Shown piece after piece: positions 36,643 to 47,932 of a DNA stretch of 64,000 nt (positions are counted from its first letter, which is position 1; the number at the start of each line of letters is the position of its first letter). Source of the DNA: Felis catus (lineage: Eukaryota). The stretch is from NCBI RefSeq assembly GCF_018350175.1, contig NC_058383.1, positions 13,704,001-13,768,000 of the forward strand. The letters are read 5' to 3'. The notes beneath the pieces were generated by a model, which was given only the letters and a program-made list of their open reading frames with translations, was not told the origin of the DNA and ran no database searches. Both the position numbers and the translations under genes were made by a program.

Positions 36643-36722
36643 CCAATCGGCGCGTGCACTGCGGGTGACCTCCCCCGGGCCGGGAATAAATTGTCAAGTT
36701 TCCCCACCGCCGGTCTCACTCT
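36643..36722 (+). promoter_or_regulatory. Pol II core promoter: CCAAT box, TATA-like element, Inr
   Basis: AGCCAATC (CCAAT 36643), AATAAA 36685-36690, TCACTCT 36716-36722 = YYANWYY; spacing -75 and -33 relative to A36718. Confidence 0.65.
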
Positions 36723-37179
36723 GCCGGGCTAATTAGGAGAGCCGCTCCGGAGCAGCGCCGAGGTCGCGGGCGGTGCGCGGGCCGGGGCCGGGGCCGGGCG
36801 GGGGCCCGCGCACCGCGGCTGGACTGCCGGCGTCCGGAGCCGCTGCCGGCACCGCTTCCCGGGCGCTGCCCCCTCGGGCCGCTCGGCGCCCCGGCCCCCG
36901 CCTCGGAAGCCGGGACCCGGGAGAGGCCGGGGCACATCGGCCCCGGCGGGGGGCGCCGCGCGCCCCGCTGCCCTCGGACCCGCGGCTCGGTCCCCCGCGG
37001 CCGCGATGCAGCAAATGCCGACGCTGCCGCCTGCCTGCGGACCCCAGAGGCGCCTCTCCTGGACCCCGTGAACTTTGGCGATCCGGAGGCCGGGTCCGGT
37101 GGTTTTGTTTTCGCGTCGTCTTCAGCTCCGCTTTGGCTTTGGGATTCTCTGGCTACCTGGATACGCCTTTCCTTTGTGG
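36718..37179 (+). other. Putative non-coding first exon (5' UTR)
   Basis: Runs from the predicted Inr to the consensus donor TGG|GTAAGT (GT at 37180) at the 3' edge of the CpG island; no ATG-initiated frame stays open to the donor. Confidence 0.6.
37006..37071 (+). CDS. Putative uORF, MQQMPTLPPACGPQRRLSWTP*
   Basis: GCCGCGATGC (purine at -3), second in-frame ATG at 37015, TGA at 37069-37071; lies inside the putative exon 1. Confidence 0.35.
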   Translation: MQQMPTLPPACGPQRRLSWTP

Positions 37180-39814
37180 GTAAGTCTCCCGTGGATCGCA
37201 GCACCGGTAACCGACCCCGGGGAACATCAGCCTGTGACATCCCCAGCCTGGAGTCGCCTGGGGCTGGAGAAGAGGACCCAACTCCTGACCACGTAAGGGC
37301 TCTCGGATTCCACCTTTCCTCTGATGGGAAGAGAAATAGAATTTCATGGCAGGATTTTCTTTAAGCACATTGTCTGATAGGACTGGCAATTACTAACCAG
37401 GAAAATGAGTAGCAATTAGGAGTTCAGTAATAAATGGAAGTCTATTGTCCTAATTGAGTGGAATTACTGACAGGTAATGGCAACACTGAGTTCTTCAGTT
37501 TAATTAAGAGTTTATATAATTATGGTGCACTTTTTATTTCTTGGGGGAGCCATGGGGTAGGAATTAAATAACCAGTGTGATGGGTAAGAAACCCATGTAG
37601 TGGATAAATGACTAGCGAGTTGAAATGAGCGTGGGTGCCTTGCTCAGGTAACGTGAACCGAGATGAATTTCTGATAAAGGGATCTGCCTTCTGATAAAAG
37701 GATGGGCCAAGCAGGACTGCTCATTCCTGTGTGATGCACATCGGAATGGCTTAGAAATTATTAGGTGCTCTCGGACACTGGCACACGGACCGTTCCAAAG
37801 ACACCAAAGCTGAGTGCTCGCCTGCCGCGGCATTAGCCGGGATTCGCGTTTTCTGGGGCTGTATTTTCCACATGCCCTGAGAACGAAGTGAGTGGGTCAT
37901 TTGAGAGTGTTTTGCCGTCTGGGGTGTGTGTATCAGAAGTCTCACGATTGAGCTGGTAAGCTGTTGTAAACGTTGATAACTGAACGGGCTGGGCGAGCCT
38001 CACTGACGCAGCACAGAGCAGCGTGTGTAGGTGTGGAATGTGTTTGAGAACTAGTCTGTAATTATGAAGATGTTATTTTCCTCTTTGGTGGTGTATTGTT
38101 TCCTTTACCATAATGTGCTCATGAAATTGTTCCCCTTGTGGGAAGCAGCGAAACTGGAGAGAAATCCCTTCTCAGAGGATAATTTCCTTGTGTCTTTTTG
38201 GTGTAGGTTTCTGGGAATCCTTTTAACCCTGCCTGGGGATGCACGTGTTTATTTCTGTTAGAAACTCCAGCAGATTTGGAAAGCACTGGGTTTTGCGTAG
38301 ACCAGTAAATAATCACTGCTTTGAGTAATACTATTTGTACCTTGACTTCTTTTTCTTGCTGGCATACAGTCTGGATTTTTCAACAGGAGGAGCAGGGACG
38401 GCCTGCTCCAGAGAGCTCCCATATTGCAAAGTGGGCTCGGGGAGTGCCATTAAAGTTGCATGTCACTACAGAAGAGGCAGCGAGGGGCAGGGGTAGAGAG
38501 CAACGCATCTTTAATCCTGCCTGGGTTCTCAAGTTTACAAAGCACTTTGGGAACTTACTCATAATTTCCCGTTGTTAATGAGAGAAAGCAGGTATGGAAG
38601 TCGTTTACTGTATGTGTGCCTCCCCGCCTCAGCCCGTCCGGGTGCCTGGAATTTTAAGGACTTACCTTTACTCTGGTTTTCCCTTGGTCTCCCAGCCCTG
38701 TTTTGTCATTATGGCCTTGAAAATCCAACAAAGCCGCCAGAAACACCTACACCGTGGCCTCCCAGAACCACTGCCAGGCTCACCTTCTTGGCTTGTGGCT
38801 CCCTTTATGTGTTCTGCCCAAGGCACAGCAGACTCCTTTTCTTTTTTGGGAAATCGTACGATAGGCAGATTCTTGAGAACCCAGCAGGGGTGAAAACATG
38901 GGACTTGTACCCTTCAAGAATCACAGATTGCCAAGTTTCACCCCTTTCCCTAAGAGTTCGTGATTAAAGATCACAACGTCACGTTGTCCACTTTTCTCAA
39001 ACGTTCACCATTCCTCTGCACGGCCGCCCATTGCTACCTGACACAATAACCGGGTGATATCAGAAAGAGGGTCAAGGACGGCCATTCTCGGGGAAGTTCT
39101 GCCCAGGTTTTGCTCAACCCAGGATTCTCTTTCTGACCAGTGGGTGTTTGGTGCGATCCCAGGAACATTGCCTTCCGGGATAACATCTCTGAGATTTGGT
39201 TCCCAATCCTCTTTCTTTTTTCTGTAAGCCGCGAGGAGCGTGTCACCCGTGCATCTATCTCAAATCAGCCCGAACACGTAGAATAAATCCAAAGCCGAGT
39301 CATGGAGCTTCCCTACAGGTTACTAACAGATTCTGGTCAGGACCAGACTCCCAGCTCTTGATGAAATGCTCTTGGAAACGGGACACAAAGTGGCCCCTAG
39401 GCTCTCTACGCTTAGTTCGAGGACAAAAGCATTGGGAACCATGGCAGCCGTGACCCCTGCCTCTACATGTGTCTAGCTTCCTTCCCAATCAGTCTTAGGT
39501 TCCCCAAATAGGTGGCGTCATGGGTATCAGTCGCCACTTGTCTGCTGGTTTCGTAATGCAGATTACTCACTTCTGCCCAGGTACCGCCCTGAAGCCAGGC
39601 TGTAACAATAGAGCATAGAAGAAGTAACACTCAAGTTGGTCTTGGCCCCTCTCCAAGGGGATTAGCTACTGGAAGTACCTAAAAGGCCTGGTTGAAACAC
39701 ACTCACCTGTAACCCAGTTCCTTGGCCTGGATCTCAAGGACAGGGTAATATCCGCCTTTGGGGGGCCTATAAAATGAGATGTCTTTCTCCATTTACACTT
39801 GACCCGATGGCCCC

Positions 39815-39990
39815 GAGGGTGTTCCCACCGTGGCATCAGAAGGCCTGCTTCAAGGCCTCAGCATTGCCTAGGAGCTCATTAGAAATACCGAGCGTCAGAT
39901 TTGTCCCCCTGATGTTTCAAACCAGAGTCTGCCTTTAACGAGATTCCCAGGTGATCTGTACACGACTTCTCCCGTGGTGCAGGCTCTGAG
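39815..39990 (+). mobile_element. MER5-family fragment
   Basis: CAGCATTGCCTAGGAGCTCATTAGAAAT...TTTAACGAGATTCCCAGGTGATCTGTA. Confidence 0.65.
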
Positions 39991-40262
39991 CTAGAGTCTA
40001 GCAGGCAGAATATTTGTCCAGGAGGGTCCTTCGGATCAGCACCTGTGGGAGGAGGAGGCAGGGGGCAGGAAGGAGTAGGTGGAAGGAAGGGGGAGGGGCA
40101 GGAATGAACCGGTGGGTGGAGGGAGGAGGCAAAGCCATAATCCAGGCCCAGAGACAGGCTCCACCAACCCCACGGGGAGCTCCAGAGCTAGACGGGCCTC
40201 CAAGTTGTCCCCCTGTGGGGCCACGAGTCCTTCATTGGACAGTGCCCGCCACACACACTGGG

Positions 40263-40446
40263 CAGGGGTTCTCAAAACGTGGGCCCAGATCAGCAGGACC
40301 TTCAGCACTGGGACTTGCTGGTAAAGCAAATTCCTGAGCCCCACCCCAGACCCGCCGTGTCGGGAGCTGCAGGGGCAGTGCCCAGCGGCCTGTGTTTAAA
40401 CAAGCTGTCCAGGTAGTAGCTGCACCCTCAAGTTTGAGAACCACTG
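40263..40446 (+). mobile_element. MER5A (hAT-Charlie), full length
   Basis: TIRs CAGGGGTTCTCAAA ... TTTGAGAACCACTG; internal GCAAATTCCTGAGCCCCACCCCAGAC. Confidence 0.9.
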
Positions 40447-40523
40447 CTCTAAGGCAGCCTTTTTGTGGTTGGTTTTTTTTTTTTTTTTTTTTTAACAACA
40501 GCTTTGCTGAGTTATGATTCACA

Positions 40524-40649
40524 TTCTTTTTTTTTTTTTTTTTAAGATCTTATTTTCAAGTAATCTCCACACCCTATGTGGAGCTCGAACTCACGACCCT
40601 GAGACCGGGTGACATGCGCTACCAACTGACCCAGCCAGCCAGACGTCCC
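40524..40649 (-). mobile_element. Short Can-SINE variant
   Basis: AAGTAATCTCCACACCC...GCTCGAACTCACGACCCTGAGA; TSD TGATTCACA (40515 / 40650). Confidence 0.9.
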
Positions 40650-40992
40650 TGATTCACAGTAAAATTCACCATTTTTAACTGTCAGTAATTTTTAATGTCC
40701 TCACAGGGTTGTCTTGCCGTCGCCACTGATTCCAGAATATTTCCATTGCCCCGAAAAGAAGGCCCATAGCTGTTAGCAGTCTCTCTCTATACCCCTCTCC
40801 TGAGTCTAGTAACCCCTAATCTACTTTTTGTCTCTGTGGATTTGCCTATTCTGGACATTTCATAGAAATGGAATCACACGATCTATGGCTTTTTTGTGTC
40901 TGTTTTCTTTCACTGAGCATAGTGTTTCCAAGGTCCACCATACTGCAGCCTGTATCAATACTTACATCTTTTTTTTTCTAAGATTTTATTTT

Positions 40993-41180
40993 TTTTTTTA
41001 AGTTTTATTTTATTTAGAGAGAGAAAGCACAATTGGGGAGGAGCACGGAGAAAGAGAGAATTCCAAATGGGCTCTGCGCCGCGAGCACAGAGCCCAATGC
41101 AGGGCTTGAACCCACAAACCGTGAGATCATGACCCGAGCCAAAGTCAGATGCTTAGAGGAGTGAGCCACTCAGGCGCCCC
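40993..41180 (-). mobile_element. Can-SINE nested in the tail of a short SINE
   Basis: SINE body; TSD TAAGATTTTATTTT (40979 / 41183). Confidence 0.93.
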
Positions 41181-41290
41181 TATAAGATTTTATTTTTATG
41201 TAATCTCTACCCCCAACATGGGGCTCAAACCCACAACCCCGAGATCAACAGTCATCCCCTCTACAGACCGATGATCCAGCCAGGCACCCC
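41181..41290 (-). mobile_element. Short Can-SINE variant (tail continues at ~40971)
   Basis: GTAATCTCTACCCCCAACATGGGGCTCAAACCCACAACCCCGAGATCAA...CCAGGCACCCC; outer TSD CTTACATCTTT / CTTCATCTTTT. Confidence 0.9.
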
Positions 41291-41856
41291 CTTCATCTTT
41301 TGCAAATAGTTAAGTAACGTTGCATTGTACGGACATTTCATTTGTCAGTTGATGAACGTGTATGTTGTTTCCACTTTTTGGCTCTTGTGAAAAACGCTAA
41401 TATGAACATTCACGTACAAGTCTTTGTGCTGGCCTGTTTTTTCGATTTTCTTTGGTAAAGACCTAGAGGTAGAATTGCTAGGTTGTTATGGTAGCTCTGT
41501 GCTTAGCTTTTGAAGAACTTCCAGACTTTTCCAAAGTGGCTACACCATTTTGCACCAGCACCTGCAGTGCCTTAGAATTCCGGTTTCTTCATAGCCTCGC
41601 CAACACTTGTTATCATTTTGTTAGGTGCTTTTAGTGGGTCTGAAGCAGTAACTCACTGTGGGTTTTATTTGTATTCGCCTAATGACTGGTGATGCTGACC
41701 GTCTTTTCATGTACTCATTGGCTCTTATATCTGCTTTGGAGAAGTGTCTGTTCAGATCCTTTGTGGGACAGACTTTAGTCCTTAAGCAGTCACTCAAGTC
41801 ACCTGCTCTGTGTCTGGTCCTACACAGGTGCTATAGGATTTATAAAAGAAAGCCTA

Positions 41857-42076
41857 GGGGCGCCTGGGTGGCTCACTCAGTTAAGCGTCCGACTTCGGCT
41901 CAGGTCATGATCTCGTGGTTCGCGAGTTCGAGCCCCGCATCGGGCTCCGTGCTGGCAGCTCGGAGCCTAGAGCCCGCTTCGGATTCTGTGTCTCCATCTC
42001 TCTCTGCCCCTCTCCCACTCGTGCTCTGTCTCTCTCTGTCCATCAAAAATAAATAAAATGTAAAAAAAAAAAAAAA
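41857..42076 (+). mobile_element. Can-SINE, full length
   Basis: Near-consensus body with poly-A; TSD AAAGCCTAG on both sides. Confidence 0.97.
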
Positions 42077-45000
42077 GCCTAGAGAGTGGCCTTTGACACG
42101 GGAAGGTTCTAACTCGATGCAGCACAGTGAAAGAAGGACAAGAGAGTCCACTGTCAAGGACTAGACTGAAGAGATTCACTTTCTATCACCACTCAGGTTA
42201 CAGAAGGACCTCGTGTGGGTTGCTGGGATAGAGCAGGTGTCAGGCTTGTGGATTATGTCCCCTCCCCGCCTCAGAAAGTGAAATGATTCATCCGTTTCCT
42301 CATCTGGACAAAGACTATCGGGCTGCCTGTTTATCAGAGGGTTGTAAGGGTTCCTTCCAACGCTCCGCGAGTGCGTGAGGCGTGCGGGTCGCTCTGTACC
42401 CTAGGTGAGAATGCAGTTTGCAGGTTGTCCCTAAAGAGCCTCTGGTCACCTGTCGGCGGGACTCGTGGTGCTGTGCCGGGGCTCCCCCAAGCCCCACGGC
42501 AGGCTTCCTCTCTCAGCGTACCTGAGGCTCTAAGGCGGGTCCTGAGGGGCTCCAGGCCATTTCTCTTTACAGGTGCGACGCACTCTGAGTACGGAATATT
42601 GGAACAGCAGGATTTCAGAGCTGAGGTGCTTGAAGCAAACCCTTTGTCATGCCGTCATCCAGCAAGAGCCTCCGCACCTGTGATGACACCCCCCCCTCCA
42701 CACCAGCTGCCTTACACTCAGGCCACACCGTCTACCCTAAACGGTGCCCTCTCAGCTTCTGGGGGAGGAAACCCCAGCCCCAGGACAGGACTCAGTTAGC
42801 GCTGCAGCTTACATCATGGCCTGACCACGACTCGACCCCTGGTCCATCCACACCTGGCCTGATGTCCTTACCTGGGAGTTTTACTTTCCAGGTTGCTAAG
42901 GGTTATAACGACGGGGTGTTTTGGTTGTCGTGTATAAGTGGAGGCTCTCCCCGGAGGTTCAGGGTCTCATGATAGCAGGCAGTCGTGTTTGTTTGGCATT
43001 GGCACCGTGTGTGTTCCGTTGCAGTGATATATTCCGAAAGCCGGGAGGTCACCCTTGGTCTCCTCGAAGGAAAGTATTTCCAAAGTATGCAGAGAGGTTG
43101 AAGCGTCAAAATATTTGCCGAATGGGCTTCAGTTCTCAGTGTTTTCCCGCAACTCTTCAGTTGGCTGGGTAATAATTAGAGTATTTGAGTCACCGTTCCT
43201 TGAACACAACACAAAACCCCGGCACTGGAGAATTCAGAGAGTGGTGCATAGTGGATGGCCCACACGTGGGATCATGGCTCTGTCTCATCTGTCCCCAGCT
43301 GAGCTCTCCCAGAGGCGCCTTGGCTTAGACAAGGATGTGTCTTAAAAAGTCATGGGTCGGTCAGGTTTGAGTCATTTGAGCCCCAGTTTAAATTCCCAAG
43401 GGCTACACCCTCAGAGAAAGTGACTCCTCTGATAAAACAAAGAACTGTGTGTTGAGACAAATTATTCTACCTGCACCCATTCATTTCTTCTGTCAATCAG
43501 AACGCTGACATGCGTCTTTCCTTAAAGCTAGTTCTGTCCATATAGACTGTTTCTTACAGCCTTCTCTGTTCTGTTTTCAAAGAACAGGGCAATATGAAAG
43601 CCCCTCGGAATCACAGACACCAATGGGAGGTGTAGGAATGGGCCAAAAGGGCACTGTTACACCATTTCCCCATTTGCTTTCTTTTCCTTCTTTCTTTCTT
43701 TCTTTTTTTTTTTTTTTTTAAATGCCAGGCAGCCAACAGAGATGAGATCTTCAAGTTTCTCAATATTCTTTGGGATAAGAGTTTTGCAATGAACATTTCT
43801 TCACCTGCCCTCTTCCCGGTGTCTGTGAGCCAGACGCCCACTCGCCTGTGCTTGCTGATCTTGGCTGGGCCAGGCCTTGGAAGGGGCCAGCCAGCCACAT
43901 TAACGCGGCAGGGGTCTAGAAGGTGGCCCCCGTGGAGGTTCCTGCAGCAGATCTGGGGTTTGGTGCTTGGCGGGAGGGTGCCCTCCCGCACCCTGTGTTC
44001 TGCTCCCCTTCACCCAGGACTTAGAAGTGCCGAGTCAGTGGGGTGGGGGCAGGTGTTTCAGAGAGGGGACGCTGTTGTCACTGTGAGACCACTCAGCAGC
44101 CCCCTCCAGCGCCTGCCGGAGAGCGAGCCCCTCACGGGAGGGACGTGCAAAGGGTAGTTCTCCTGCCAGTGAAGGAAAAAGAGAAAGAGCAAGAGAGAAA
44201 ACATTTTATTGTTAGGGAGATGATTTTGCCAATAGTTTAAATGGCTGCTTTCTCCTCGTAATGAGGAAGGACGCGTTTAATGATACGCAGCCTCCCTCAG
44301 TGCCTCTGAAACACAGACGATAGTAGCTAAGATTCACTGAGGACTAGCGGGCTCAGCACCTTAGTGGGCTGTCCCACAAGACCCTAAGGGACAGGTGTAT
44401 GTGACGGCAATAAAGCTCGATGAGGCTGTGCGGCACAGTGGTCTAAGTGTGCCTGGCACACACCAGCGATATACCGTGACATGCAAGGTCTGTTTCGTAG
44501 AACTCGCCAGGGCCTTCGGTAATTATTGGCCAAATAAACGAATGGCTGAACCTCTTGGGGCAACTTTGTTCCTTTCGATGGTCATTTCAGGTGCCGTATT
44601 CCCCTCCGCAGCATGGCTTTATCGCTTAGCCTTTTGATACTTGCACAGAACAGAAACTTTCTGACTATTGCTCGGTCCAGTTTCACTCTCTACCCTCGGC
44701 CGGTGATGGGCTGGGGTGAGCCCAGAGCAAAGCGCCAGTGCCACTGTGTGTGTCCTCACGACTGGGATGCTGAGCACACCTGTAATCTCTGCTTTTGGTG
44801 ATGCCTTGGGGCAGTTCTCTTGAGCGGACAAGTGGTCCAGATGATGTCTTTTAAGGGCTCCTCCTGCTCTATGAATCTTCATTTTCAAAGCATGTGAAAA
44901 ATTTAGCATAACGTTTTCCATTTTTCACTAAGGCTAAATTTACAGACAGTGACACATCCCCTACAAAACAGCATAAAACAGCATTTGCCCTTGCCCCGTG

Positions 45001-45619
45001 CTCACTTTTACGTCCCTTGGACGTATGGGGAAGTCATCGGCTGTTCTTGTTTTTCGACATTGGCTAACCACCGACTGCTAAATGAGATGAATTGGAATAA
45101 TGGCCTAGGAACTGGAATAGTATGGTATTGATGTTCACAGGCTGAGGAAGCTAACAGGTACTCGAAGAGATATCTTACACGGAAAAGATGTCAAACTTCC
45201 CAACTGCTGTAATCAAGCCGCGTTTGCTCCCATATACTCCGGGTACTGTGCACTGAGTCACAGTTCATTCTCTTCCTCTTTCTTTCTGCCTTCCTTCCTG
45301 TCTTTTTTCTTTCTCTCCTTCTTCTTTTCCTTTAGATTATAAACATAAAAACCTCCACTGAAATCTACTTCACAGGCCGTATCTGGAGCCATTCTAGTAA
45401 ATAGTGGAAAATCAGAGTTTCCCGGAGGTCAGCTGTCTCATCAAAGCTTACTGGACACGGGATAAGATTATCAGAAGAGATCATTATGCCACCTCCAGAT
45501 CCTTAAAAAAGAGTCTCATCTAGATCTAATAGCGGTGAAGAGGTTCTCCTTGAAGCCCGTGGGAATAACTGATTTAGGATTCGGGAGAGTCCCTGCCACT
45601 CCAGCCATCCATGCTTCTT

Positions 45620-45840
45620 CTTTTTTTTTTTTTTTTCAACGTTTATTTATTTTTGGGACAGAGAGAGACAGAGCATGAACGGGGGAGGGGCAGAGAGAGA
45701 GGGAGACACAGAATCTGAAACAGGCTCCAGGCTCTGAGCCATCAGCCCAGAGGCCGACGCGGGGCTCGAACTCACGGACCGCGAGATCGTGACCTGGCTG
45801 AAGTCGGACGCTTAACCGACTGCGCCACTCAGGCGCCCCG
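45620..45840 (-). mobile_element. Young feline SINEC_Fc-type SINE
   Basis: CpG-rich body; perfect 13-bp TSD ATCCATGCTTCTT (45607-45619 / 45841-45853). Confidence 0.98.
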
Positions 45841-45922
45841 ATCCATGCTTCTTAAACAGAAAAATTATTTTTGCCTGTGAACAGTTACGTTTATGACATA
45901 TTTGCTTCTTGGTTTTGAAGCA

Positions 45923-46045
45923 TTGTTCATCTATTCGGTCAACAACCATTTACTGAATACCTTGTATGTGCAGACAGTACATTAGGACGAGGATATAGGA
46001 GTGAAAAAATGGATACAACTTCTACCCTCATGAAGCTTATGTTCC
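45923..46045 (-). mobile_element. L2 3' end
   Basis: TCAACAACCATTTACTGAATACCTTGTATGTGCAG...CTACCCTCATGAAGCTTATGTTC. Confidence 0.8.
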
Positions 46046-47459
46046 GTATATTATCTTTTCAGAATCTTCAGTGACTTACTAGACTGGGCAGCTCCCCATT
46101 CATATAAACTTACCTGTGTCAACCAGTCATTCTTGGTCAGGTCCAGGGGCCCATCTGCGGTCGGCGCACTTCGTCAAGCAAGGGAGTGCTGCGCTCAGCA
46201 ATCATCTGCCGGAAGGCAGAGAAGGGTTACCGGGATCAGAGTTCCCTTAGTAGCTGCGTGGAGCTTGCCACGTGTAAGGAGACCTTTGAATCTTCAATGC
46301 TGACGAGAATGCTCTTTTTACAAAATGTGTCTGTCCCTGCATTGGGATATATGATCAGTTGAAGCCTTTGGGCAAAACTCATTGGTGGAGAGCCGGTGGA
46401 GAAGGGGAACCCAGCAAAGGTGGACGCTATATGGCAGGTATGGAGCAGGGAGGTGCCACATGTTGGAAAATCAAGACACAAGACAACCTGTGATCGAGCT
46501 GATGTGAATGAAGGGGCCAGGAAACTTTGGGAGATGAAACCGTGAGTGGTGACTGTTACCTAACCATTTTTGCCCTTAGGCGTGATTCCCAGACTTGGCT
46601 CGGTGATGTGCAGTCCCCATGCTGTCTCACCCGGGCCTCTCCGCAGTCTGGTGGTGCAGCAGGCCCGCGTGGAATATACCCCCGTGCCAGTGAGACAGGG
46701 ATGAATTTGACACGTGGTATTGCCCAAAGGATTACATTTAAGTGAAGACGTATATGGTTGTTCTCTTAAGAGACCTATTCACTCCTTCACCAGATATTTA
46801 TATTTAGGGGAAAAATGGAAGTCTCTGAAGGAAAGCGCTTAGGCATTGTAGAAGTAAATTGGTAGGAGGTCTGTTCCTGTCTGTGTTCGCTGAAAAGTGA
46901 ATCACTTCCGGGAAGGAGTTCCACATTGAAATGGTGGTGGTCAGTGTGTTATGCTAAGAAATTAAAAACCTTTATCTTTACAAATGGTTACATGATGTCA
47001 CCGTCCGAGAAGACTTGAGTAAGAATGCTCGTACCCCCAGCGAGCGTACCGGGACGCCCATCTCCCTGAGCCCTGGCCAACTCGGAGTGCTTTGCCCTTG
47101 GTCAGTTATTCTTTGACAGTGTGACAGGCAAAAACTAGTGTCCCTTTGTTGCATCGGGGAGGTTTTAAAATGCTGCTTCCCAGAGTGTGAAAATGACTCT
47201 CCATGTCTAGAATGCCTTTTGTGGAAGAACAAGCTCCATTTTCTAGTTTCTTATGGGGATAACTTTTTCGGACGGACGCCCTTAGGCAAATTAAAGGTCA
47301 TCAAGAAGGCTCCCCAGTTGGGATACCCTGATGAAAGGAACAAATGTCTTAGAGCTGCCCTGCCCCACATCAGGGGGTGTACGAGGGATTGGGGAACTCT
47401 GGCATGGGCCCTGGTGATGGTAATTAGTTCCCTGATACACCGCCTAGTGGCAAAGTGAG

Positions 47460-47932
47460 CATGGCTAAGAATGCTAGTTGACTTCTAGTATCCGCTCTCC
47501 CCTTCTTCCTCGTTAGTGGAAATACTGACTTCTGGCTGGGCAAATGGTCTGACTGAATGACCCAACTGAACAGAAGAAAGACTACATTTCATACCCTCCC
47601 TTGCAGCAAGGTGCTGTCATATGACTATGTTGTGGTTGCTGGGTATTCACGAAAGGGTGGAGCTGCTTATCGGGCATATCCTTAAAGGGCCGGAGGCGTG
47701 CCAGTCTGGAGCGCGGCCACAGCTATTGTCCTGGGCCATGATGTGGCTTTGGGAGTGGAAGGCAATAAAGGCAGACACCAGTGTATCTGGAAAGCCCCTG
47801 CATCTGCAACGTTATACCAGCCCCAGACCACCTGCCTTGGGACTTCAACTCTGAGAGCGAGAACTCTTGTTTAAGCCAGTGTTATTTTAGGTTGTCTGTC
47901 ACATTCAGCCATACTTAATCCTGACTGACCCA
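47460..47932 (+). mobile_element. MaLR solo LTR (MLT1-like)
   Basis: GACTACATTTCATACCCTCCCTTGCAGCAAGG...CATATGACT...CCAGCCCCAGACCACCTGCC...TTGTTTAAGCCAGTGTTATTTTAGG. Confidence 0.8.

Larger units (their letters stand above)
36440..37280. promoter_or_regulatory. CpG island
   Basis: About 0.8 kb, very GC-rich with undepleted CpG (many CGCG and CCGG, a NotI site GCGGCCGC near 36597), in sharp contrast to the flanks. Confidence 0.93.
40491..41763 (-). mobile_element. Old L1 (L1MB-like) 3' portion carrying three SINE insertions
   Basis: GATTTGCCTATTCTGGACATTTCATAGAAATGGAATCA; TTCCAAAGTGGCTACACCATTTTGCA; TTGGAGAAGTGTCTGTTCAGATCCTTTG. Confidence 0.9.

Noticed and set aside
36685..36690. AATAAA as a polyadenylation signal
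   Set aside because: It lies within a CpG island with no GU-rich downstream element; its position 33 bp before an Inr fits a TATA-like role better
35966..37364. Long overlapping ORFs (up to 184 aa) across the CpG island
   Set aside because: Pro/Arg/Gly/Ala-rich on both strands, as expected from stop-codon scarcity in GC-rich DNA; mostly non-ATG starts and no recognisable domain
45268..45335. Long polypyrimidine tract ending in TTTAG as exon 2 acceptor
   Set aside because: Looks like low-complexity CT-rich sequence; I found no convincing donor downstream
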